Shown: positions 1-8,335 of the stretch, in pieces | How positions within the stretch are numbered: the stretch's first letter is position 1 | Layout of the letters: each line of letters opens with the position of its first letter | Source: a virus | Taxonomy: Duplodnaviria; Caudoviricetes | Length of the DNA stretch: 60,000 nt | Virus record (IMG/VR): IMGVR_UViG_3300032246_001735 | Location: 1-60,000 of that record | Direction: 5' to 3' (one strand) | Made by a program: the position numbers and the translations under genes | Notes under the pieces: generated by a model | The model's database searches: none | What the model was told of the DNA's origin: nothing | What the model saw: the letters and a program-made list of their open reading frames with translations, nothing else

Positions 1-134
1 ACAACTCCGTGATCTAATAACCATTGCCCGTGCCCAACTTGGTTACGATCACAATCAAATCTGTTGATAATCATCAGCCCCTGTTCAGTACTGACCAGGA
101 CATTTTTCCTCACTCGATTGTTTACATAAAACAT
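1..134 (-). CDS. 5' part of a gene running off the window edge; possibly FkbM-type methyltransferase
   Basis: ATG at 134 overlaps the TAA of the previous gene (TAATG). Open to position 1: MFYVNNRVRKNVLVSTEQGLMIINRFDCDRNQVGHGQWLLDHGV. Not in the ORF track; family is a resemblance only. Confidence 0.5.
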   Translation of the reverse strand, partial: MFYVNNRVRKNVLVSTEQGLMIINRFDCDRNQVGHGQWLLDHGV

Positions 135-745
135 TATTTTAGATTTTTTCTTAGCCAGTCTGCATATCTAGCCGGTTTGTGTACCTTGATAAAAATATTA
201 ACGGATTCGGCTACATTGGCCAAGGTATTTAGGTTGATGTCTAATTGTTTAGGTGCCAACATACCATCTTCTTGCTGTCCTCGCCAATATCCTACAATAT
301 TATAGGTAACATCTGTGACTTCTATGTCAACATCGTGATATAAGCCAAATGTACTATCACTAAGTCTTTTTTGAATAGATTCAACATTGGCCTGTTGATC
401 CCACATCTTGAAAGTTTTAGGGGTAAGTACTCGCACGTGAGTATAATCATCCCAGAAGAGATCGCAGCGATGGTGAGGTACATTCACAAACCATTCGGCA
501 TCAGGTTTGCTCACACGATACATTTCTTTAATAATATTGGTAAACACCTTCGGATCTTGTCCTAGGTGCTCCAGTATGTTATCGGCAGTGATCTTGTCAA
601 AGAAATTGTCTTCATAGGGCCACGGTGTTTGTTCAAAATCCAACACTTGGTCAGGATTACAGGATTGCTGTACATCTACATTCCAGTAGTTGTCCAGTTT
701 CTTAAAACCACAACCCATATTTAATTGTGTATGTTCAGGTATCAT
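134..745 (-). CDS. Class I SAM-dependent methyltransferase (type 11-like)
   Basis: LNMGCG motif I, NVD, then WPYEDNFFDKI..NILEHL and EMYRV.KP. Confidence 0.8.
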   Translation of the reverse strand: MIPEHTQLNMGCGFKKLDNYWNVDVQQSCNPDQVLDFEQTPWPYEDNFFDKITADNILEHLGQDPKVFTNIIKEMYRVSKPDAEWFVNVPHHRCDLFWDDYTHVRVLTPKTFKMWDQQANVESIQKRLSDSTFGLYHDVDIEVTDVTYNIVGYWRGQQEDGMLAPKQLDINLNTLANVAESVNIFIKVHKPARYADWLRKNLK

Positions 746-1536
746 ATCCAGGCGTCCCAGAAAATTTCACGATTGTACTGCTGATACAGATCCAGGCCCA
801 GGTAGTCCACACAATTCAGTGTGGTTCTTTCCAGTGCGGGCTTGATCCGGTGTAGATTTGGCAAACCTGCTGCTAGATCATTAAATTGTTCCGCCTGTTC
901 GATTTTTTTAAAATCGTGTTGAAACTCAGGTAGTTCAAAAAAATCATAGATGCGTTTTGTTTGACTCTTGGGACTATTGCAGAATCGTGAATAGTCAATA
1001 AATAGCAACCTATCTAGGTAACCACTGGTCACTGCGTCTTTGATACCAGCGTGTGCTAATCCCATAGGACCATTAGGCCCGGCATAGTAGTAGGCTCTAG
1101 CAGCAATAGTGGAACTTTCTCTCAAATTTTGATCAGGCAGCACAAATGCCAGTGGATTTTCTCTACGAATCTTTTCAAATGATGACAATATCTCAGCAGG
1201 ATTACGCACCGGGCACAGCATCTTTACTCTACAGCCAGTGACCGCTTCTAGTAGACCAATCTTGGTAACCCAGGCTCGATCCTTGTCAAACACAATAGGT
1301 CGATCAATGTGTTTGAAGTATCCCTCCAATATACTCTGTAAGACACCCAACTTGGCCGCATCATTGACATATTCTTTGTTCATCTCAAAACTGTCCCAAC
1401 TGGCGTGAACAGATGAAAAGATACTGGACAAACTGCTAACAGGTTCTGTGTGTATTTGGGGATTTTGTCTTAATAGATAGGCCAACATAGTGGCTCCTGA
1501 TCTCGGTAGTCCCGCAATAAAATATAGTGTTTTCAT
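742..1536 (-). CDS. Sulfotransferase family protein
   Basis: PAPS-binding loop FIAGLPRSGATML; VRNP..ILSS; IYDFFELP. Confidence 0.85.
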   Translation of the reverse strand: MKTLYFIAGLPRSGATMLAYLLRQNPQIHTEPVSSLSSIFSSVHASWDSFEMNKEYVNDAAKLGVLQSILEGYFKHIDRPIVFDKDRAWVTKIGLLEAVTGCRVKMLCPVRNPAEILSSFEKIRRENPLAFVLPDQNLRESSTIAARAYYYAGPNGPMGLAHAGIKDAVTSGYLDRLLFIDYSRFCNSPKSQTKRIYDFFELPEFQHDFKKIEQAEQFNDLAAGLPNLHRIKPALERTTLNCVDYLGLDLYQQYNREIFWDAWI

Positions 1537-1538
1537 AA

Positions 1539-2576
1539 TTAGTCTTTTTTGGTTAATTCAAAATGTTTTGCTAATTCTAGTTCTAGTTTTTCAAAGGTTT
1601 CAGTCCAGTCACCAAAGGTGGTCTGTCTGAACACTCTAGTGGTCTTTTGATACCAAGGACTATGGTCACCGCCATAGGCCCAAATATGATATGGCAACAG
1701 TGGCACAATGACCCAAGTAGGTTTTCCCATTGCTGCCGACAAATGAGCAATACTGGTACAACTGGTTATGACCAGATCAAGATTGTGTATACAGGCCGCA
1801 GTGTCTTCCCAGGAAATAATCAGGTGCTGTAAATCAAAGATTTCCTCAGGCAGTTCTCTAGTGTCTGTATCTCTCTGTAGACTGTAAAACTCTAGGTCTG
1901 TGTATTTTGATAAGTTGATCAATTTCTCAGGAGGAAAAATTCTAAACTGTTGATGCTCAAATAACGGGCTACCACTCCACCTGATACCAATTTTGGGCTT
2001 ATCTGTTTTCTTTAACATCTGTTTCCAAATTGGTACACTGAGTGGATTAGCAGCAAGATATGGTGTATTAGGCAGTGTTTCAAAAGTATGACCAAATATC
2101 CAACTACAACTAAATCCCGGAATCCAATAATCGTGTTTGGTAGTTTTTACTTTGTCTAAACTGATACAGTGATCCACACCCGGAATTCTAGAAAACAAAC
2201 TGTGTAGCAGTGGTTCGCAACAGAGCACGGAGCGACCTCCGCGTTTTTGTATTTCGCTGGCATATCTTGCGTAGATAATTTGATCACCAAATCCACATTC
2301 TAAATTAATGATCACAGTTTTATTGGTTAAATCTTCTTGATTCCAAATTGGTTTAGTTGTAGGCAATCGTGGACTACCATATACTTTCAAATGTCTACCT
2401 GCCTCGAGACTCTGAAATCCTGCTTGTAAATCCCCTTGATTGATTAAAAACCATCCTCGATTAAACATATGTCTTAGATCATTGGGATTTTCTCGTTCCA
2501 TTTCCTCGCTGAGTCGCCAACCTTCTTCAAATCGGCCACGAATCATTAGGTTAAGTTGTTGATCTATTAGATGCAT
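1539..2576 (-). CDS. TPR-like N-terminus plus glycosyltransferase family 9-like domain
   Basis: ECGFGDQIIYARY, IGIRWSGSP, LDLVITSCTSIAHLSAAMGKPTWV, SPWY..RVFRQ motifs. Confidence 0.8.
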   Translation of the reverse strand: MHLIDQQLNLMIRGRFEEGWRLSEEMERENPNDLRHMFNRGWFLINQGDLQAGFQSLEAGRHLKVYGSPRLPTTKPIWNQEDLTNKTVIINLECGFGDQIIYARYASEIQKRGGRSVLCCEPLLHSLFSRIPGVDHCISLDKVKTTKHDYWIPGFSCSWIFGHTFETLPNTPYLAANPLSVPIWKQMLKKTDKPKIGIRWSGSPLFEHQQFRIFPPEKLINLSKYTDLEFYSLQRDTDTRELPEEIFDLQHLIISWEDTAACIHNLDLVITSCTSIAHLSAAMGKPTWVIVPLLPYHIWAYGGDHSPWYQKTTRVFRQTTFGDWTETFEKLELELAKHFELTKKD

Positions 2577-2679
2577 TCTACGATTATTAAAATTATAGTT
2601 TATAATATTAGACAGACTATGTCAAAGAATAGTATCAATATATTTAAATTAATAATTATCGGGGATTAGAAAAATAAGA

Positions 2680-4776
2680 TTATTGTATAGCCACTGTATG
2701 ATTACCACCAGCTCTGACTATAGTCCACGAACTGGATCCGACTTGTACCGGACTACTCTGGTCAGTAGTATTTCCGTTGCCTAGTTGGCCAGCGGCATTA
2801 CGACCCCAGGCAAATAATAATCCGTCACTGCGTATAGCCGCTGTATGAGTACCACCAGCACTGACTGCAGTCCAGGAACTGGATCCGATTTGTACCGGGC
2901 TGCTTCGACTAGTGGTGGTTTGGTCGCCCAGTCGTCCGAAACCATTATTCCCCCAAGTGAACAATAATCCATCACTACGTATAGCCGTACTATGAAAGTA
3001 TCCGGCGGCAACTGCAGTCCAGGAACTGGATCCGATTTGTACTGGACTACTTTGAGTGGTAGTATTGCCGTTGCCCAATTCTCCATAAACATTACGACCC
3101 CAAGTGAACAGTGTAACCCCACTGCGTATAGCCGCGGTATGATTACCACCGGCGGCAACTGCAGTCCAGGAACTGGATCCGATTTGTACTGGACTACTTT
3201 GAGTGGTAGTATTGCCATTACCTAGTTGTCCATAAGTATTACGACCCCAAGTAAATAGTGTGCCCCCACTGCGTATAGCCGCTGTATGAGTACCACCAGC
3301 ACTGACCGCAGTCCAGGAACTGGATCCGATTTGTACTGGACTACTTTGAGTGGTAGTATTGCCGTTGCCTAATTGACCGAGACTATTATTCCCCCAAGTA
3401 AATAGTGTGCCCCCACTACGTATAGCCGCTGTATGAATGCTACCAGCGGAAACCGCAGTCCAGGAACTGGATCCGATTTGTACTGGACTATTTTTAGTAG
3501 CAATAGTTCCGTCACCTAGTGTTCCGAAACCATTATTCCCCCAAGTGAACAATAATCCATCACTGCGTATAGCCGCTGTATGATAACTGCCAGCAGCAAC
3601 TGCGGTCCAGGAACTGGATCCAGTTTGTACTGGGCTACTTTCAATGCCGAATCCCAGTTGCCCATAAGTACTACGACCCCAAGTAAATAGTGTGCCCCCA
3701 CTACGTATAGCCGCTGTATGAAAAATTCCGGCGCTGATCATAGTCCACGAACTGGATCCGATTTGTACTGGACTGCTATAGGTATTATTGGTTCCATCAC
3801 CAATATTACCGTCAGTATTACTTCCCCAAGTGAACAGTGTACCTCCACTACGTATAGCGGTTGTAAAATATCGGCCAGCACTGACTGCAGTCCACGAACT
3901 AGATCCAATTTGTACTGGACTACTTTTACCGACCGTAGTTCCATCACCTAATCCACCTGCAGTATTACTTCCCCAGGTGAACAGTGTAACCCCACTGCGT
4001 ATAGCCGCTGTATGATTACCACCAGCACTGACCGCAGTCCACGAACTAGATCCAATTTGTACTGGACTACTTTGAGTGGTAGTATTGCCATTACCTAGTT
4101 GTCCATAAGTATTATACCCCCAAGTGAACAGTGTGCCCCCACTACGTATAGCCGCTGTATGATAAGTGCCGGCAGACACCGCAGTCCACGAACTGGATCC
4201 GATTTGTACTGGACTACTTTGAGTGGTAGTATTGCCGTTGCCTAATTGACCGAGACTATTACTCCCCCAAGTGAACAGTGTACCCCCACTGCGTATGGCA
4301 GCGGAGAAATATTTTCCAGCACTGACTGCAGTCCACGAACTGGATCCAATTTGTACTGGACTGCTTTGAGTGGTACCATTACCATTACCTAGTTGTCCAT
4401 TGGAATTAAAACCCCAAGTGAACAATACTCCGTCACTGCGTATAGCCGCTGTATGAGTACCACCAGCAGCAACTGCGGTCCAGGAACTGGATCCGATTTG
4501 TACTGGACTGCTTTGATCGGTACCGGTGAGGCCGTTGCCTAGTTGTCCATCAGTATTACGACCCCAAGTGAACAATAATCCGTCACTGCGTATAGCCGCT
4601 GTATGATTACCACCAGCACTGACCATAGTCCACGAACTGGATCCGATTCGACTTGGTACTGTGTTAGAATGTTCATTACCTAGTTGCCCTTGATTGGAAT
4701 TCCCCCAAGCATAAAGTAATTTTTGAGCAACGGCGCTACTAGGAGGAGATCGTAATAACAATGCTTCTAATAACAT
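2680..4776 (-). CDS. RCC1/BLIP-II repeat protein, 14 repeats (probably two 7-bladed beta-propellers)
   Basis: 14 GSSSWT-containing ~50-aa repeats: SSPVQIGSSSWTAVSAGxxHTAAIRSxGxLFTWGxNxxGQLG. Confidence 0.92.
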   Translation of the reverse strand: MLLEALLLRSPPSSAVAQKLLYAWGNSNQGQLGNEHSNTVPSRIGSSSWTMVSAGGNHTAAIRSDGLLFTWGRNTDGQLGNGLTGTDQSSPVQIGSSSWTAVAAGGTHTAAIRSDGVLFTWGFNSNGQLGNGNGTTQSSPVQIGSSSWTAVSAGKYFSAAIRSGGTLFTWGSNSLGQLGNGNTTTQSSPVQIGSSSWTAVSAGTYHTAAIRSGGTLFTWGYNTYGQLGNGNTTTQSSPVQIGSSSWTAVSAGGNHTAAIRSGVTLFTWGSNTAGGLGDGTTVGKSSPVQIGSSSWTAVSAGRYFTTAIRSGGTLFTWGSNTDGNIGDGTNNTYSSPVQIGSSSWTMISAGIFHTAAIRSGGTLFTWGRSTYGQLGFGIESSPVQTGSSSWTAVAAGSYHTAAIRSDGLLFTWGNNGFGTLGDGTIATKNSPVQIGSSSWTAVSAGSIHTAAIRSGGTLFTWGNNSLGQLGNGNTTTQSSPVQIGSSSWTAVSAGGTHTAAIRSGGTLFTWGRNTYGQLGNGNTTTQSSPVQIGSSSWTAVAAGGNHTAAIRSGVTLFTWGRNVYGELGNGNTTTQSSPVQIGSSSWTAVAAGYFHSTAIRSDGLLFTWGNNGFGRLGDQTTTSRSSPVQIGSSSWTAVSAGGTHTAAIRSDGLLFAWGRNAAGQLGNGNTTDQSSPVQVGSSSWTIVRAGGNHTVAIQ

Positions 4777-4779
4777 TTT

Positions 4780-5262
4780 TTAGAATACCGGCCAATTAAC
4801 TTGACTAATGTCTACCACAGAATCAGTTAAATGAACACTAGGCAAATCGCGCAGTGCCTGTCTGTAAGTTTGCCAACGAACTTTATCCACATCACTGAGT
4901 GGAGAATCTAACAACTGAGTCCAGTCGCTGTCTTTTAATCGATTTGTTCTCATGGATCTCAACTGATTTAAAAACTCTGCCTTTTTCTGTTCAAAGGTCC
5001 TAATTTCACTTTCAGGTATTGACTCTACAATCGGAGTTTCCGTTACCCATTGATCAAATATTTCATAACTGTATCCGTTGGTTCTCGCTGTTTCCGGGTC
5101 ATAAGTTACGTCTACCTTGGTCACAGGATACCAACCTAAACTAACCAAAGAAGGAACATCATCTTTGAGCAAGTTTAAGCCACTGATATTACTCCAACTG
5201 GCGGGCAGACTGCTGTGATATTCTGTTATTACACCATTTTCAACTAGTACGTATTCTGCCAT
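4780..5262 (-). CDS. Phage tail fibre assembly chaperone
   Basis: C-terminal LRSMRTNRLKDSDWTQLLDSPL..W..YRQALRDLP..WP pattern; located next to fibre genes. Confidence 0.8.
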   Translation of the reverse strand: MAEYVLVENGVITEYHSSLPASWSNISGLNLLKDDVPSLVSLGWYPVTKVDVTYDPETARTNGYSYEIFDQWVTETPIVESIPESEIRTFEQKKAEFLNQLRSMRTNRLKDSDWTQLLDSPLSDVDKVRWQTYRQALRDLPSVHLTDSVVDISQVNWPVF

Positions 5263-5274
5263 TTTTGATCCAGA

Positions 5275-5781
5275 TTATTTACTATCCAACATAGAAGCAA
5301 CTCCACGCCAGTTGGTTCCAGCATCGTCTGTGATAAATGCCAGTACATCGACGCCTGATGCAGTTAATGTAGGTGCAGTTCCACTAGGCCATCTTACGCT
5401 AGCCGGCCAGTTTTGAGTAAATGCACCGCCGTTAGTAAGTTCTAAAATAAAACCACTGGCATTGGGGCTGGCTGTGGGATTGCTGAATGTCCAAGTGGTT
5501 ATGCCCCCAGCAGTAGCAGTAACATAATTTCCCAGAGTTAAATCAATAGTTTGTGCACCAGAAATACTTCCCCGTGCGTTACTCTTTAAACTATAACCTA
5601 AAATTTGTCCAGTAAAGGTACCACCAACGTATAAATTGCCCCTAACGCCCACGCCGCCTGTGACTACAAGTGCACCTGTGGTTGTACTGGTGCTGGTTAG
5701 AGTACTGGTTATACTAACCGTACCTGTAGTAACTGCACCGGATAAACTAGTTATAAAACTTAGGTCGCTTGCCGAAGACAT
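5275..5781 (-). CDS. Tail fibre-associated protein
   Basis: STTTGALVVTGGVG motif shared with neighbouring fibres; C-terminal WP.SV.WP.GTAPTLT..GVDV domain. Confidence 0.65.
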   Translation of the reverse strand: MSSASDLSFITSLSGAVTTGTVSITSTLTSTSTTTGALVVTGGVGVRGNLYVGGTFTGQILGYSLKSNARGSISGAQTIDLTLGNYVTATAGGITTWTFSNPTASPNASGFILELTNGGAFTQNWPASVRWPSGTAPTLTASGVDVLAFITDDAGTNWRGVASMLDSK

Positions 5782-5811
5782 TCTTGTTCCTGGTTATTTT
5801 AACTATTTATG

Positions 5812-6798
5812 CTACCAAGCGGTGGCTATAACTAGGCCATCACCGCCGCGGCCGCCGGGACCACCGCCAGAACCCGAAAATCCAGCTCCACCACCTCCGC
5901 CACCACACCCATAACCTCCAGCACCGCCGCGGCCTCCAGTATTTGCTGTTGCGCCGGCAGCTCCGAGGCCACTTGAACCACCACCAGTTCCGCCATAAAA
6001 ATATTGTAAATTACGTAATACCTGAAATCCGTTTGACCCGGAAAATCCGCCTGTTGTATTGTTTGCCACGCCGCCAGCGCCGCCCGGCTGTGCTGGAAAT
6101 ACACCAGTAACTGTAAATGAACCACCAGCAGTTCCTGCTGTGTTTAATGCGCCAAGGCCCCCTCCGCCAGTGCCGCCAGTTACTACTAGTCCAGTAGTAG
6201 GAATAGTTAACGCACCACTTGCGGCCGCGTTGAACGCACCAATAATTCCGTTTTGTCCTGCAATGTTAATATTACCGGCAGTTGTAGAATAAAATTGACC
6301 TAATGCTGCTAGTGGTGCTGAGGCTATAGTTGATATTGCACCACCGACACCAGCAGGACCACCGACTGCAGCAGTACCTGCACCAGCAACAGTCACTGTG
6401 CCACCGCCTTTACAAATCATTAATAAATTATTTGCTGTTACTGACGGGTCTATAGATATGTAACTATCAACTCCTGCACTGCCAGCACTACCGGTTCCAG
6501 TACCACCTGCACCACCATACCCAACACTGATATACAGTACATCAGGTAATGCCCAAGATGGAAAAATAATTGATGCTTGTGCTCCGGAGCCGCCACCTCC
6601 GCCCCCACCTGCAGCAGTAGCGGCTCCGGCAAATCCGCCACCACCACCACCACCACCGGCCAAACAAAAAAAGTGTACAAAGTTAACACCGCGTGGTTTA
6701 ATCCAAGTTTGCCATCCCACACCAAGAGCGGCCGCGTTAGCATAAAATATCTGTTGAACAGCTTTAGGGTTGGTTGGTAAATGAACAAAATCTAACAT
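5812..6798 (-). CDS. Glycine-rich virion/tail protein, paralog 2
   Basis: W.KP.GV..V..AGGGGGGGG and GGRGGDGLVI motifs; N-terminus nearly identical to 6877-7872. Confidence 0.75.
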   Translation of the reverse strand: MLDFVHLPTNPKAVQQIFYANAAALGVGWQTWIKPRGVNFVHFFCLAGGGGGGGGFAGAATAAGGGGGGGSGAQASIIFPSWALPDVLYISVGYGGAGGTGTGSAGSAGVDSYISIDPSVTANNLLMICKGGGTVTVAGAGTAAVGGPAGVGGAISTIASAPLAALGQFYSTTAGNINIAGQNGIIGAFNAAASGALTIPTTGLVVTGGTGGGGLGALNTAGTAGGSFTVTGVFPAQPGGAGGVANNTTGGFSGSNGFQVLRNLQYFYGGTGGGSSGLGAAGATANTGGRGGAGGYGCGGGGGGAGFSGSGGGPGGRGGDGLVIATAW

Positions 6799-6801
6799 AG
6801 A

Positions 6802-6846
6802 TCAATAGGCCTTGGTTATAAAATTTAAATTACTTTGTAAAGACAT
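6802..6846 (-). pseudogene. 14-codon chimeric remnant at the duplication junction (MSLQSNLNFITKAY)
   Basis: Start and upstream region match the 5275-5781 gene (MSSASDLSFIT); end (GCCTATTGA) matches the end of the 7876-8304 gene. Confidence 0.6.
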
Positions 6847-6876
6847 TCTTGTTCCTGTTTATTTTAACTACTTATG

Positions 6877-7872
6877 TTACCAGGCAACGGCTATAACTAG
6901 ACCATCACCGCCTCGCCCACCAGCACCACCAGTTGAACCTGTAAATCCGCCGCCGCCGCCGCCGCCGCCGCAGCCATAACCTCCAGCACCGCCGTTCCCG
7001 CCGGTGTTAGATGTGTTTCCAGCTCCATTAAGGCCGGTTCCACCACCTCCAGTTCCACCATAAAAATAGTTTAATCTGCGAAATGCTTGAAATCCATTGC
7101 TGCCATTGCTACCACCAGTGTTGGTACCGCCAACACCTGCTGTACCACCCGGCTGTGCGGGAAATGCTCCAGCAACAGTAAATGAACCGCCGGCAAAACC
7201 TGCCGCATTCGATGCCGCCGCGTTACCGCCGCCGGATGTACCACCAGTTACCACTAGCCCTGTAAGAGGAAGAGTTAATGCAGTACCGGCAACGGAGGCT
7301 CCACCGTTAATAGTTCCGTTTTGTCCTGCAATGTTAATATTACCGGCAGTTGTAGAATAAAATTGACCTAATGCTGCTCTTGGTGCTGCGGTTATAGCGG
7401 ATGCTGCACCTCCAACACCCGCGGCTGCACCGCCAACCGACCCGCCGCCAGCTGGGGTCACTGTGCCACCGCCTTTACAAATCATTAGTAAATTATTTGC
7501 TGTTACTGATGGGTCTATAGATATGTAAGTATCAACTCCTGCACTGCCAGCACTACCGGTGGCATTGGCACTTGCTCCCCCAGCACCGCCGTACCCAACA
7601 CTGATGTATAGTACATCGGGTATTGCCCACACTGGAAAAATAATTGACGCTTGTGCTCCAGAACCACCACCACCACCGCCAGATGCGTTAGTGACGCCGT
7701 TATTGCTACCACCGCCACCACCACCACCACCGGCCAAACAAAAAAAGTGTACAAAGTTAACACCGCGTGGTTTAATCCAAGTTTGCCATCCCACACCAAG
7801 AGCGGCCGCGTTAGCATAAAATATCTGTTGATCAACTTTGGGATTGGTTGGTAAATGAACAAAATCTAACAT
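6877..7872 (-). CDS. Glycine-rich virion/tail protein, paralog 1
   Basis: Same motifs as 5812-6798; tandem duplicate. Confidence 0.75.
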   Translation of the reverse strand: MLDFVHLPTNPKVDQQIFYANAAALGVGWQTWIKPRGVNFVHFFCLAGGGGGGGGSNNGVTNASGGGGGGSGAQASIIFPVWAIPDVLYISVGYGGAGGASANATGSAGSAGVDTYISIDPSVTANNLLMICKGGGTVTPAGGGSVGGAAAGVGGAASAITAAPRAALGQFYSTTAGNINIAGQNGTINGGASVAGTALTLPLTGLVVTGGTSGGGNAAASNAAGFAGGSFTVAGAFPAQPGGTAGVGGTNTGGSNGSNGFQAFRRLNYFYGGTGGGGTGLNGAGNTSNTGGNGGAGGYGCGGGGGGGGFTGSTGGAGGRGGDGLVIAVAW

Positions 7873-7875
7873 AGA

Positions 7876-8304
7876 TCAATAGGCCCCGGCTATTACACTG
7901 GGAACCCATCCAGAACCTAGTGGAGCACTAGAGCTAATTCCTATAACAATCCTATATCCGGGATTTAACGCCAAGTTCATCGGATAATCAACATCAACTG
8001 TGGCGGCTGTTGGTGTAGCAGTCACTGCCGGCAATGAGAGTTCACCATAGAATATATTATTAGACGCTGTTGTATTGGCCTGGCCATTATTGATATATAT
8101 TCTTGCCACAGAAGCGGTAGAATTTGTTCCTGCAGATTTAAATCTAATTCTTTGAACAAATCCACCGTTAGTAGAATCAGCAGTAAATGGTACAATATTA
8201 TTAGTACCTGTACCAGTATACTCAGTGACTGTGCTCGCGATTACGGTAGAGGTCCATCCTATTGCTCCCACTCTTGAAAAAATTGGTGTTGAATTTCCTG
8301 CCAT
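7876..8304 (-). CDS. Hypothetical tail-associated protein
   Basis: 142-aa ORF with GGAG RBS, in the fibre operon. Confidence 0.65.
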   Translation of the reverse strand: MAGNSTPIFSRVGAIGWTSTVIASTVTEYTGTGTNNIVPFTADSTNGGFVQRIRFKSAGTNSTASVARIYINNGQANTTASNNIFYGELSLPAVTATPTAATVDVDYPMNLALNPGYRIVIGISSSAPLGSGWVPSVIAGAY

Positions 8305-8335
8305 ACTAAATCTCCATTATTCTTTATATATTTAA

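Noticed and set aside
24-305. Plus-strand 93-aa ORF
   Set aside because: It is antisense to two coupled minus-strand genes and has no motif.
5812-7872. Diversity-generating retroelement template/variable repeat pair
   Set aside because: Differences include indels and all base types rather than adenine-specific changes, both copies are full ORFs, and no reverse transcriptase is present.
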